NCBI GenBank assembly: GCA_965207885.1
Contig: OZ242311.1
Coordinates: forward strand, 864,001-928,000
Reading direction: 5' to 3'
DNA from: Candidatus Latescibacterota bacterium
GTDB taxonomy: Bacteria > Latescibacterota > UBA2968
Length of the DNA stretch: 64,000 bases
Shown: one piece after another, positions 18,538 through 27,454 of the stretch
Position numbering within the stretch: position 1 is the stretch's first letter
Layout of the letters: each line of letters starts with the position of its first letter
Translations under genes and position numbers: made by a program
The notes under the pieces: generated by a model
What the model was told of the DNA's origin: nothing
What the model saw: the letters and a program-made list of their open reading frames with translations, nothing else
Databases searched by the model: none

Positions 18538-19140
18538 TTACTCGAACTCAAATACACCCCACTTTGAGTCGGGTGAGTCTTTGATGATTGTGTTGTCCGA
18601 AAGCAGGACATGAAATCTGTATCGACTTCTGCCAAAAGGCATCCAGGTATAAATGGAATAGCAACGGCGGCAAGCCGTTATCTTGATCTCTGTGTCGCAT
18701 GGAATACAGTCCCAAAACCCTGCCGGTTTTCTTTGGCATCTGAGGCACTCAACTTGTTCAATCAGGTTTTTATTTCGTTCCTGGAATTTCGCCAATTCAT
18801 TAGGAGACACTACTGAGCCTATATACCATACACCTGAAGAGTTGCACACCTTGCAGAAAGATCTTTCGTCACCATCCATCGTTCGTTTTTCGCCCGAAAA
18901 ATCATCGTACACAATCAGGCAATTGTTACAAACGAAAATGCCCTCCACGTCTGGCTCGCGGTCCTCAAAACGCTTGAAGTATTCCAGAATATCGGATTTG
19001 TCACTGTCGGGCAATTTCTCGAATGGCTGCATTTTAGTTCCACACTCGTGGCAGCAACAGCCAAAGAAATTCTTTGCCCATCGGCCACCAAGCACCAGAA
19101 CTACGGTAACGAGGATGATCATAATAATAAACGCTTCCAC
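18538..19140 (-). CDS. Hypothetical N-anchored Cys-rich protein (six CxxC, putative multi-zinc-ribbon)
   Basis: N-terminal TM helix, then CHEC, CNNC, CKVC, CLRC, CIPC and CRRC. GAGGA RBS before the GTG start. Confidence 0.7.
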   Translation of the reverse strand: MEAFIIMIILVTVVLVLGGRWAKNFFGCCCHECGTKMQPFEKLPDSDKSDILEYFKRFEDREPDVEGIFVCNNCLIVYDDFSGEKRTMDGDERSFCKVCNSSGVWYIGSVVSPNELAKFQERNKNLIEQVECLRCQRKPAGFWDCIPCDTEIKITACRRCYSIYTWMPFGRSRYRFHVLLSDNTIIKDSPDSKWGVFEFE

Positions 19141-19199
19141 AGTCGGTTCCTCATGTTAGTGATTGCTACTTCCTCTGTCCTATGGGTTTTTATTTTTTT

Positions 19200-19242
19200 T
19201 ATCCATCCCTATCCATCTGCGTCTATCTGCGTCCATCCCTGC
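19200..19242. repeat. Degenerate ~10-bp tandem repeat (ATCCATCCCT/ATCTGCGTCY type)
   Basis: atccatccct atccatctgc gtctatctgc gtccatccct. Related tracts at 23555-23580 and 39466-39481. Confidence 0.6.
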
Positions 19243-19270
19243 TTACACCCGCAGGGACATGCCTGCGGAT

Positions 19271-20734
19271 CTACTCAATCAATTCTTTGGTATTGTGAAC
19301 GCGAATATCAACTTGGGGCCAGTGTTTATTCAGGATGTCTATGATGTGATCCTTAGGCCCGACAAAGATCATGATCATATTTTCTGGTACAAAGAATTTT
19401 TCGAGAAAGGCACGTACCTCAGCATCGGTAACCGACTTAGAACCACCTTTGCGGATTGGCGGATTATAGATGGCTCTATATACATCACTGTATAGTCTTC
19501 GCTGTGGTGTCAGTCGTTCATGGACATGGGCATAAACGACATTGCGATTTTCACGCAACGCTTTTATTTCCTCCCAAAAGCGGGGGTCATCGGAAAGTCC
19601 TCGGATGAAGTCGGACATTTTTGCGACCAATTCTTCGCTGTTCTGTAATCGGGGATCTGCATAAATTTCGAGAAATCTGATATTTTTTGATGATCGATAA
19701 CTGCAAGCAGTACCATAGACCAATCCCAACTCTTCTCTAAAATATTTGTAGAGCAACCCTTGGGCACCAGATCGCCCAAGCGTCATGGATATCATTGGAG
19801 AAATATAATTTGTTTCACCTATACTCCCATAGGGGATCAGCCAATAACAGAAAACGTTCTTTAAGTTTGAATAATTCTCAAAGACAAAAGCCGAAGGTCC
19901 AGAATAATGATCGGTGATTGGCTGTGCCAGTGAATGCACAAAACCGTCTGCCTGTCGTCGTATTGGACGAAACAATTTGGCAATCTCGGTGGAATCTCGG
20001 TCTGAGAGTATTTTAAATGGTGGAGATCTCAGTGAATCTACAAAACCGTCTGTCTGTCGTCTCAGGCGATCTTTCGACTCGTCTGTAATTGGACGAAGCA
20101 GTTTGGCAATCTCGGTGGAATCTCGGTCTGAGAGTGCCTTAAAAAACACCACTTCTGTTTTCAGAAGCCGAACATAATATCGCCTGATATCCTTTACAGA
20201 AAATTTCTTCAGCGTTTTTAAGGATCTGAGTTTTTTTATATCTCTTGTTTTTGCAAGTGCAAAATTTCTCATAAGATTAGTGGTATTTCTTTCCCGATCA
20301 TTTCGATAATTAGTCACCTCTCGCTTTTTCACATCTTCCAGATCAGACTCGAAAAACGCGAAATTATATATGACATCGCAGACTATTTCTATAGACTCAG
20401 CACAATTCTCAGACAGGGTGGAAATGGATACGGTCAGGGATGTTGTATTGACAAAAACATTCAAATGAGTGCCTAATACTGCCAATTGATCGATATGCCC
20501 CTGCTTTTTTGCAGACTCCCAAATCAACTTTGAGACTGTTCTTGCAAGCCCAATCTGAGCAGGGGATTCTTGGTTACTTCCTGCACCGAGAAAGATAATA
20601 TCAATTCTGGTCAATGGGGCGCGTTTGTCCTGGCGATAAAAAATTTGATGGTTGGAAATCTCTGCATAAGCTGGCAGGATACTACACAGATAATATAGCA
20701 CAAAGCTGTAAATTATACTCTGGAGTCTATTCAT
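19271..20734 (-). CDS. M16 peptidase family non-catalytic subunit, secreted
   Basis: Signal peptide. GAGSNQES..QIGLA replaces HxxEH. C-terminal LYKYFREELGLVYG is an M16 motif. Confidence 0.75.
   Translation of the reverse strand: MNRLQSIIYSFVLYYLCSILPAYAEISNHQIFYRQDKRAPLTRIDIIFLGAGSNQESPAQIGLARTVSKLIWESAKKQGHIDQLAVLGTHLNVFVNTTSLTVSISTLSENCAESIEIVCDVIYNFAFFESDLEDVKKREVTNYRNDRERNTTNLMRNFALAKTRDIKKLRSLKTLKKFSVKDIRRYYVRLLKTEVVFFKALSDRDSTEIAKLLRPITDESKDRLRRQTDGFVDSLRSPPFKILSDRDSTEIAKLFRPIRRQADGFVHSLAQPITDHYSGPSAFVFENYSNLKNVFCYWLIPYGSIGETNYISPMISMTLGRSGAQGLLYKYFREELGLVYGTACSYRSSKNIRFLEIYADPRLQNSEELVAKMSDFIRGLSDDPRFWEEIKALRENRNVVYAHVHERLTPQRRLYSDVYRAIYNPPIRKGGSKSVTDAEVRAFLEKFFVPENMIMIFVGPKDHIIDILNKHWPQVDIRVHNTKELIE
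19928..20143. repeat. Imperfect in-frame internal duplication in the M16 subunit
   Basis: FKALSDRDSTEIAKLLRPI...RRQTDGFVDSL and FKILSDRDSTEIAKLFRPIRRQADGFVHSL. DNA copies at about 20030-20143 and 19928-20017. Confidence 0.85.
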
Positions 20735-22193
20735 TTGAGGACAGCCTTTCGGGAGAACTGCGTCTTCTTATGGCCCATACCACCAGCGATACAAAACCTG
20801 CCAATATCCAGAAGATAAACGCATAGTATAACAGGGTTCGCAAAGGTGTTTTTTCTTTCGGTGGTAATGTTAAGGAAAGAGTTATGGAATTGTCATCTCT
20901 CAAGTATTGATCTATCAGGTGCGGGATGTCGTCTCTGTGGGCAGATTTGAGATCTTTTATCATTTTTGGATATAGTAAGGGATCGTTGGTATGAGCGAAT
21001 GCTCGCCCGAACTCATTGGCCATACCTGAGCGGTTGTAAAATGCGGAATACATTGACTTTAATTGCAGATTTTGGGCCGCAGTAAATTCGTCCTCAGAGA
21101 CACCACGCGCTCTGATTTCCTCCAATTCTGTTTGGATAGCGGTCTCAATGGCATCTATGGAAGTGTCGGTCGGCAGGTCTGCCCAGCAACTCAGCAAACT
21201 AAATCCTTTATAGTGGTTAAATGACACCCTGAAAATCCGGGCGAGCTTGGCATCAATCACAGAAGATCGTAGGGAATCTGAGGCCTTGGTCAAAATGCGG
21301 GCAAGAATGAGCAAGGTCGCATAGTCGCGATGGCCTAAATGGGGGGTTTGCCAACTTTTCCAGAATTTGGCAATACGGAGGCTTTTTGAAGTGTCTTTTA
21401 CTTTTTTTCCGAATATTTCAGGGTTGGGAAATTGCGGAGAAGGTGATTCGCTCGATGATTCGTCTGGTATTTGTTCATTGCCATAGGCTTCGTCCAGTTT
21501 GGTCAGGACATGATCCATATCCACATCGCCGACCACCACAACCAATCTCTTTTGGCGGCGCAGGAAATTATCATGGTACGCTTTCAAATCATCAGGTTCG
21601 AGTTGTTTAATAAAGTCCTCAGTCCCAACGCCACTAAAATTCTTTTTTTTATAGACCAGGCCCCAAAAGCGATTGGAAAATTTTTTGTTTGAGTTTGCTG
21701 AATTACGACTTTTTTCCGTTAGTACAATTTTCTTTTCGTTTTCAACGACCTCTTCATTGACCAACGTGCCGTAATATCTATCGCGATCTATTTCAACTGC
21801 AAGGTCAAATTTGTCCTTCGGAAATCGCATTCTTAAGTACATATGATGGATAGTTGTAGCGGCATAATTTTGACCCCCGTTATCGACAATAATTTCGTTG
21901 AGTTTTCCCGGCCCATGGCTTCCAGTACCTGCCATGATGTGCTCTAAGAAGTGTATCCGCCCTTGTTGACCTTCTGCCTCATCTGCTGAACCAGTACTGT
22001 AGTAGGTATGGTATTCAAATGTCGGGATTGTTTTATCTACAACGATAACGGCGTCGAGTCTGGGATTAATAGTGTAGTGTTGCGCGACGAGTTCTTCAGA
22101 TAATGCTTCCGCTCCAACAAGCCGATAAGAATGGCAAGTACCCGTCGGCAAGATGCATACAAGGAATGAGATGATCGCGCAGGTTTTTATCAT
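20727..22193 (-). CDS. M16 (pitrilysin/insulinase) zinc protease catalytic subunit, signal peptide plus C-terminal TM
   Basis: GSADE..G..HFLEHIM (inverted zincin HxxEH), EKKIVLTE, C-terminal LLYYAFIFWILAGFVSLVVWAIRRR. Start taken at MIKTCAII. Confidence 0.85.
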   Translation of the reverse strand: MIKTCAIISFLVCILPTGTCHSYRLVGAEALSEELVAQHYTINPRLDAVIVVDKTIPTFEYHTYYSTGSADEAEGQQGRIHFLEHIMAGTGSHGPGKLNEIIVDNGGQNYAATTIHHMYLRMRFPKDKFDLAVEIDRDRYYGTLVNEEVVENEKKIVLTEKSRNSANSNKKFSNRFWGLVYKKKNFSGVGTEDFIKQLEPDDLKAYHDNFLRRQKRLVVVVGDVDMDHVLTKLDEAYGNEQIPDESSSESPSPQFPNPEIFGKKVKDTSKSLRIAKFWKSWQTPHLGHRDYATLLILARILTKASDSLRSSVIDAKLARIFRVSFNHYKGFSLLSCWADLPTDTSIDAIETAIQTELEEIRARGVSEDEFTAAQNLQLKSMYSAFYNRSGMANEFGRAFAHTNDPLLYPKMIKDLKSAHRDDIPHLIDQYLRDDNSITLSLTLPPKEKTPLRTLLYYAFIFWILAGFVSLVVWAIRRRSSPERLSSNE

Positions 22194-22240
22194 GTTTGAT
22201 ACTCGGCAAAGGGGAAGGAGTTGTCTCGTACATCCTCTAA

Positions 22241-22290
22241 TACTGCACAGTATAAATTCTGAAGGTTCTTCCAGCAAGTTTGAAAGAATC
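22241..22290 (-). promoter_or_regulatory. Sigma70-type promoter with inverted repeat (copy 1)
   Basis: Minus strand GATTCTTTCAAAC-TTGCTG-17 nt-TATACT. Near-identical to 23503-23552. Confidence 0.75.
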
Positions 22291-22370
22291 TCCTCTGAAT
22301 CTTACATAAAATACAAACGTATGTATAAATGATTAAAAATAAATGCTTTATGGTAATTTATCAAAAGCCC

Positions 22371-22413
22371 GTAAAACCCACTCGCAGAGAGCTTTAGCGT
22401 TGGGAGTAGTCAC
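22371..22413 (+). mobile_element. Possible orphan IS200/IS605 (tnpB-type) end remnant
   Basis: AAACCCAC...CTTTAGCGTTGGGAGTAGTCAC resembles the hairpin+GTAGTCAC ends of IS605/IS1341-group elements. No tnpA or tnpB is present. Confidence 0.45.
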
Positions 22414-22483
22414 TTCAATATGCTTTCCCTAAAGGCCAAATGCTTAAAATCGCGTCACACATCCAACTCTTGTCCAGGGCAAA

Positions 22484-23470
22484 TCACATCTGTTCTTCCA
22501 GCCGACGCTTATCTTTAATGCGTACATTCAGTTTTTTGATGGCATTTAGATATTTTGCTTCGGACTTTCTGGCATAGGCTTCTTCTAATGCAGTTCGCGC
22601 TTGGTCGAACTGGTCCGTGTACATATAGCCCAGACCAAGATTGTAATATGCCTTATGGACTAAAGGGGAATTGGGATAGGTTTCGGTTACCCTTTGAAAG
22701 ATGTCAAGCGCGGCATCCCAATTGCCCAGCTTGACCATTCTAAAGCCCTGTTCCAATTGTGGCATTTTTTTGTCGGTTTCAAATGAGACGTACACACGCT
22801 CGGTGTAAGGCACAATCATCCGCATAAAAGAGCGAATAATTTGCGTTCGGCACGTCTCAAAAAGTCGCGAGCGATCAATACGGGGCGGCTTTAAATTCTT
22901 CCTCGATTCTTTTGCGCTCGCAGATTTGTCAAACTTCCTGGTTGCCAAAATTTTTGATGTGCGCAAATCCACAATACGCAGGCTGACACTTACCTTTGCG
23001 GTCCCTTCGCGGTAGTATGTTCGCGTGGTATCGACTTCACCCGTCTTTTTATCTTTTTTCTCAACATCTTTGTGGGTTAAATCCTCGCTGTAGTTGTATT
23101 CTGAAATAGTGCCAGAGATGAGGGCGATGTTTCCGGTACGATTGTTCTGGCCAAAACCCATCTTCAGGCTCTCGTGATCGAGTACTTCAAATCGTTTAGA
23201 TTCAAAGAGGACCTGTGTCAACTCGGCGGAGAATTTATTGCTTCCCGAGTCTTTGGTTTCTCCACCTCCTACAACCCGGACAAGATCGCTGAGTGCCGAT
23301 AAGACTCCGCTTCCCGAACCTTTAATTTCTCCAACCGCAATTTTGTCAAAATCTTTTAGATTAATTTCAGCCGGCTGTGTTACTGTAACAAAAAGTCCAG
23401 TACTGCCACAACCCATAAACAGGCCCGAGATCAACAAGAGGGTGAGATTGAATAAATGCATTTTTTTCAT
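22484..23470 (-). CDS. Lipoprotein with CsgG/TolB_N-like domain and C-terminal TPR
   Basis: Lipobox LFMGC. RFEVLD and VSLRIVDLRTSKIL are CsgG-like. AYYNLGLGYM...FDQARTALEEA is a TPR. Confidence 0.75.
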   Translation of the reverse strand: MKKMHLFNLTLLLISGLFMGCGSTGLFVTVTQPAEINLKDFDKIAVGEIKGSGSGVLSALSDLVRVVGGGETKDSGSNKFSAELTQVLFESKRFEVLDHESLKMGFGQNNRTGNIALISGTISEYNYSEDLTHKDVEKKDKKTGEVDTTRTYYREGTAKVSVSLRIVDLRTSKILATRKFDKSASAKESRKNLKPPRIDRSRLFETCRTQIIRSFMRMIVPYTERVYVSFETDKKMPQLEQGFRMVKLGNWDAALDIFQRVTETYPNSPLVHKAYYNLGLGYMYTDQFDQARTALEEAYARKSEAKYLNAIKKLNVRIKDKRRLEEQM

Positions 23471-23502
23471 AACGAACCTCTATATGTCTGGATACATTCT
23501 TG

Positions 23503-23552
23503 CACTACACAGTATAAAAACTGGAGGTTCTTCCGGCAAGCCTGAAAGAACC
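23503..23552 (-). promoter_or_regulatory. Sigma70-type promoter with inverted repeat (copy 2)
   Basis: Minus strand GGTTCTTTCAGGC-TTGCCG-GAAGAACCTCCAGTTTT-TATACT. GGTTCTT...AAGAACC flanks the -35. Confidence 0.75.
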
Positions 23553-23556
23553 TTGT

Positions 23557-24609
23557 TCATCCCTGTTCATCTGTGGTTCCCCACACCAGAACGCGGTCCG
23601 GGTCAATAGACGGGTATATTTCATCGCCGATACGCCACTGCTGTTCATCGGAAATCAAGATCTGGATGGGTTGACCCGCCCAGTCGGCGAGCAAGATGGT
23701 CGATGCGCCGAGGTATTCGACGACTTCGATGGTCGCGGGGATTTTACCTCCGCGGGGTGAAATATTTTCAGCACGGATACCGAGAGTGGCGTTTGAAGGG
23801 GCGTTGTGGTCTGCGGTCATGAGGGGTTGATTCGAGGCTGTGAACCATTGGTCTCGCTGTTTGTGGACGTCTATTGTGTTGATGGGGGGATAGCCGAGTT
23901 GATGGGCGACGGTCGGGGAATTGGGCTGCTGGTAGATTTCTTCGGGGGTACCGATTTGCAGGATTTTCCCTTCGGATAATACGGCGATTCGGTCGCCCAT
24001 AGAGAGGGCTTCAACCCGGTCGTGGGTGACGTAGATCATGGGTGTGTGCAGGTCGCGCTGGAGGCGGATGAGTTCGACGCGCAATACTTCGCGCAATTTT
24101 GCATCCAGGTTGGTGAGGGGTTCGTCCAGGAGAAAGAGTTGGGGTTGGCGCACGATGGCGCGTCCGATTGCGACGCGTTGCATTTCGCCGCCGGATAAGT
24201 TCGTGGCGGGTCGGTCCAAAAGCGGGGTTATGCGAAGCAGGTCGGCGGTGTGGGAAATTCTGTTTGCTATGTCTGTTTTGGAGAGGTTGCGCCCGGGTGC
24301 CTGGAGTGGAAATGCGAGGTTCTGGCGCACGGTTTTGTTGGGGTAGAGCGAGAAGTTTTGAAAGACGAGGGCGATGTCGCGTTCTGCAGGTAGCTGATGG
24401 GTTATGTCTGTGCCATTGACGGTTATACGCCCGGTGTCCGCTGCTTCGAGACCCGCGATGGTGCGCAAGAGCGTTGTTTTGCCCGCGCCTGTTGGGCCCA
24501 GGACGACGAGGAGTTCTTCGGCGTGGAGAGAGAGTGAGATTTCCGAGAGTGCCCGGGTTTCGCCGTAGTTTTTGGACAGGTTAGTGATTTTGAGAAATGG
24601 GGCATTCAT
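23557..24609 (-). CDS. Carbohydrate ABC transporter ATP-binding protein (MalK-like)
   Basis: GPTGAGKT, LSGGE, LLDEP. Confidence 0.92.
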   Translation of the reverse strand: MNAPFLKITNLSKNYGETRALSEISLSLHAEELLVVLGPTGAGKTTLLRTIAGLEAADTGRITVNGTDITHQLPAERDIALVFQNFSLYPNKTVRQNLAFPLQAPGRNLSKTDIANRISHTADLLRITPLLDRPATNLSGGEMQRVAIGRAIVRQPQLFLLDEPLTNLDAKLREVLRVELIRLQRDLHTPMIYVTHDRVEALSMGDRIAVLSEGKILQIGTPEEIYQQPNSPTVAHQLGYPPINTIDVHKQRDQWFTASNQPLMTADHNAPSNATLGIRAENISPRGGKIPATIEVVEYLGASTILLADWAGQPIQILISDEQQWRIGDEIYPSIDPDRVLVWGTTDEQG

Positions 24610-25670
24610 GCGAGGGCTGTTTCCGTATCTGGATCGAACAGGCGAATATGTGTTTCATTCAGGTGCAGGTGGATTGTTTCTCCGATGGCGAAGCGGTCGG
24701 TTGAGCGCATGATTAGTTCGCCTATTGGGGTATCTACGTGTACGTAACCGTGGCTGCCGAGGTATTCGCTGAGGATGACTTTGCCCGGTATGCCGCGGTT
24801 GGTAGGGCGGATAAATTCCGGGCGCATGCCAAAGATGATTTGCGCGGGCGCGATGTTCGCGTGGATGGGGATGTGAATGTCTGTATCCGGACGGGTAAAG
24901 GAAAGTCCGTTCTCGCGTTGCACAATTTGTCCGGTTAATAGATTCATGCCCGGGCTGCCGACGAAATTTGCGACAAAGAGGTCTGCGGGATGGTTGTAGA
25001 TTTCTGATGGGGATCCGATTTGTCTGATTTTGCCGCCGTCCATGACGACAATGCGATCCGCCAGGCTCAAGGCTTCTTCCTGGTCGTGTGTGACGTAGAT
25101 GGCTGTTATGGAGAGTGATAGTTGTTGGCGGCGTATAAATGCTCTGAGTTCCAATCGGTGTTCTGCGTCGAGTGTGCCCAGGGGTTCGTCCATGAGATAG
25201 ATGTCCGGTGTGCGCACCATTGCACGGGCGAGAGAGACGCGCTGTTGATCTCCGCCTGAAAGTTGTCTGGGGTATTGGTTGAGTAGTGTTTCGATACTCA
25301 GGGCGTGGGCAACGCGGTCTATCGCCGCTTCGGTATCTGCGGGGGATGTGCCGATGTTTTCGAGAGGGAACGCGATATTTTTGCGGACGGTCATGTGCGG
25401 GTAGAGGGCGTAAAACTGGAAGACAAAGCCCACGTCGCGTTGAGATGGCGGCAGGTGTGTGACGTTCTGGTTGTCGAAGGTGATCCGTCCGCCGGTTGGA
25501 TCTTCCAGTCCCGCGATCATCCGCAATGTGGTTGTTTTGCCACATCCCGAGGGTCCCAGGAGGACGATAAATTCCCCTTTGTCAACACGCAGGTCAATAC
25601 CCCTGACTGCCCGCGTGCCATCGGGGTAGGTTTTTTGGAGGTTTTGAAGTTCGAGAAATGGCATGATCAC
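24606..25670 (-). CDS. Carbohydrate ABC transporter ATP-binding protein (MalK-like)
   Basis: GPSGCGKT, ALYPHM, LSGGD, FVGSP. Confidence 0.92.
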   Translation of the reverse strand: MIMPFLELQNLQKTYPDGTRAVRGIDLRVDKGEFIVLLGPSGCGKTTTLRMIAGLEDPTGGRITFDNQNVTHLPPSQRDVGFVFQFYALYPHMTVRKNIAFPLENIGTSPADTEAAIDRVAHALSIETLLNQYPRQLSGGDQQRVSLARAMVRTPDIYLMDEPLGTLDAEHRLELRAFIRRQQLSLSITAIYVTHDQEEALSLADRIVVMDGGKIRQIGSPSEIYNHPADLFVANFVGSPGMNLLTGQIVQRENGLSFTRPDTDIHIPIHANIAPAQIIFGMRPEFIRPTNRGIPGKVILSEYLGSHGYVHVDTPIGELIMRSTDRFAIGETIHLHLNETHIRLFDPDTETALA

Positions 25671-26530
25671 TGTTTAATTGTTCCAAATGTCACACCCCGC
25701 AGCAGATGATTGCGGACGAGTACTGTGAAGATTACGATTGGCACGACAAAGATGAGGACGCCCGCGGCAATCTGCGGCCAGGGGATGCCCTGGATGTTGC
25801 CTTGAAGTCCGGCAAAATACACGGGTACGGTGATGGCTTCGGCGTTGTTGAGCGCGAGCGCAAAGCCGTATTCATTCCAGGCGGATATGAGACAGAAGAC
25901 GGCGGTAACAGCCATGCCGGTTGCAGAGTGGGGTAAGATGATTTTGTAAAATGCTTGAAGTGGGCTGTATCCATCGACGAGTGCGGCTTCTTCATACGCC
26001 CGGGGGATTTCGTCTATGAATCCCTTCATCAACCAGACCGCGAGCGAGAGGTTAAATGCCGTGTAGAGGAGAATGAGGCCCAGGTGTGTGTTGGGCAGAT
26101 TGAAGACGCGGTACATCATCAGTACGGGGACTACGACGGCGAGTGGGGGCAGGAAGCGGGTCGAGAGGATGAAGAACAGCCAGTCTCGCGCACCTGCGAT
26201 GCGAAATCGGCTAAATCCATACGCGCAGCCCGTTCCGAGGACGACCGATGTCAGGGTGCTGAGCAGGCCGATGATGACGCTGTTTAAGAGGTAGTGAAAA
26301 AATGCGTGTGCTTTGCCCGTGTGTGGTGTTGCCAGTTTGCGATAGGCGTCTAATGTGGCTGCGAAACTCAGGCCTCCGGGCGCGATGTTTTCAGCGGTGG
26401 TTGGCATGAGAGAGGCTGTGGCGCTGATCGCTGCTTCCTGAGTTTTCAGGGAGGTGAGAAAAAGCCAGCACAGGGGCAGTGTGGCGAGACAAAAATACGG
26501 GATAATAACGAGCCATCTCAAGTTCTTCAC
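25667..26530 (-). CDS. Carbohydrate ABC transporter permease
   Basis: EEAALVDG EAA loop, multiple TM helices, LLRGVTFGTIK end. Confidence 0.92.
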   Translation of the reverse strand: MKNLRWLVIIPYFCLATLPLCWLFLTSLKTQEAAISATASLMPTTAENIAPGGLSFAATLDAYRKLATPHTGKAHAFFHYLLNSVIIGLLSTLTSVVLGTGCAYGFSRFRIAGARDWLFFILSTRFLPPLAVVVPVLMMYRVFNLPNTHLGLILLYTAFNLSLAVWLMKGFIDEIPRAYEEAALVDGYSPLQAFYKIILPHSATGMAVTAVFCLISAWNEYGFALALNNAEAITVPVYFAGLQGNIQGIPWPQIAAGVLIFVVPIVIFTVLVRNHLLRGVTFGTIKQ

Positions 26531-27411
26531 GCGCTTTCCCTCCCCTGTTTTGCCTGGATGCTGGCGATGTATCGGATGAAAATAGTTGCGAGTGCGATGA
26601 CGATGAGGAGGATGACGATGCTGTAAGAGCTGCCCAGTCCGATTTTATATCCGCGAAACATGACTTGATAGAGGAGGGCACTCAATGTTTGGGTCGCGCG
26701 ATCATTGGGTCCCGTGACAGCCATGACGAGGTCAAATTGCTTGAGGGCATCTGTGGTGCGCAGCAGGACTGCGAGAAAGAGGAGGGGTGAGCACAGGGGT
26801 AGGGTGATGCGCCGAAAGACGGTCCATCTGGATGCCCGGTCAATGGCCGCGGCTTCGTAGAGGTGGTTGGGAATGGCATTGAGACCGGCAAGGGCAATGA
26901 GCATCATAAACGGCGTCCACATCCAGATGTCGATCATCAGGATGGAGAAGAGTTTCAAATCGGGGTCGGTCAGCCATTGCGGTTGGTAGAGGCCAAAGAC
27001 GGATAGTGCTTGATTGACGACGCCGTAGTGGCCGTTGAGGATAAAGTTCCAGTACAGGCCCATAACTGCGGGGGATAGCATCATGGGTACCAGGAGTATG
27101 GTGGTGATGGCGGGTTTGCCCCAGAAGGGTTTTTGAAGGGCGAGGGCAAGGGCAAAGCCGAGAAGGAGTTCGGTCGCGACTGCCAGGACCACGAATAGTC
27201 CGGTGGTGCGAAGGGCAGTGCCATAGCGCGTGTCGTCAAAGATGACGCCGTAGTTGCGCCCACCCACGAGTCGTGCAATGCCGCCACTGAGTTCGGCATC
27301 GGTAAAGCTGAGGTAGATGTTGTAAAAGAGGGGAAAGATGTTGAACGCGATCAGAAAGATCAGTGCTGGACCCACAAAGCCGTATTTCAAAATGCCGTCT
27401 TTCACGCGCAT
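26527..27411 (-). CDS. Carbohydrate ABC transporter permease
   Basis: WMWTPF, LYEAAAID...FRRITLP. Start moved to MRVKDG. Confidence 0.9.
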   Translation of the reverse strand: MRVKDGILKYGFVGPALIFLIAFNIFPLFYNIYLSFTDAELSGGIARLVGGRNYGVIFDDTRYGTALRTTGLFVVLAVATELLLGFALALALQKPFWGKPAITTILLVPMMLSPAVMGLYWNFILNGHYGVVNQALSVFGLYQPQWLTDPDLKLFSILMIDIWMWTPFMMLIALAGLNAIPNHLYEAAAIDRASRWTVFRRITLPLCSPLLFLAVLLRTTDALKQFDLVMAVTGPNDRATQTLSALLYQVMFRGYKIGLGSSYSIVILLIVIALATIFIRYIASIQAKQGRESA

Positions 27412-27454
27412 TTCTCGAAAGGGGTGAGGGATGGAAACCGCGATGGGGCGTTTC

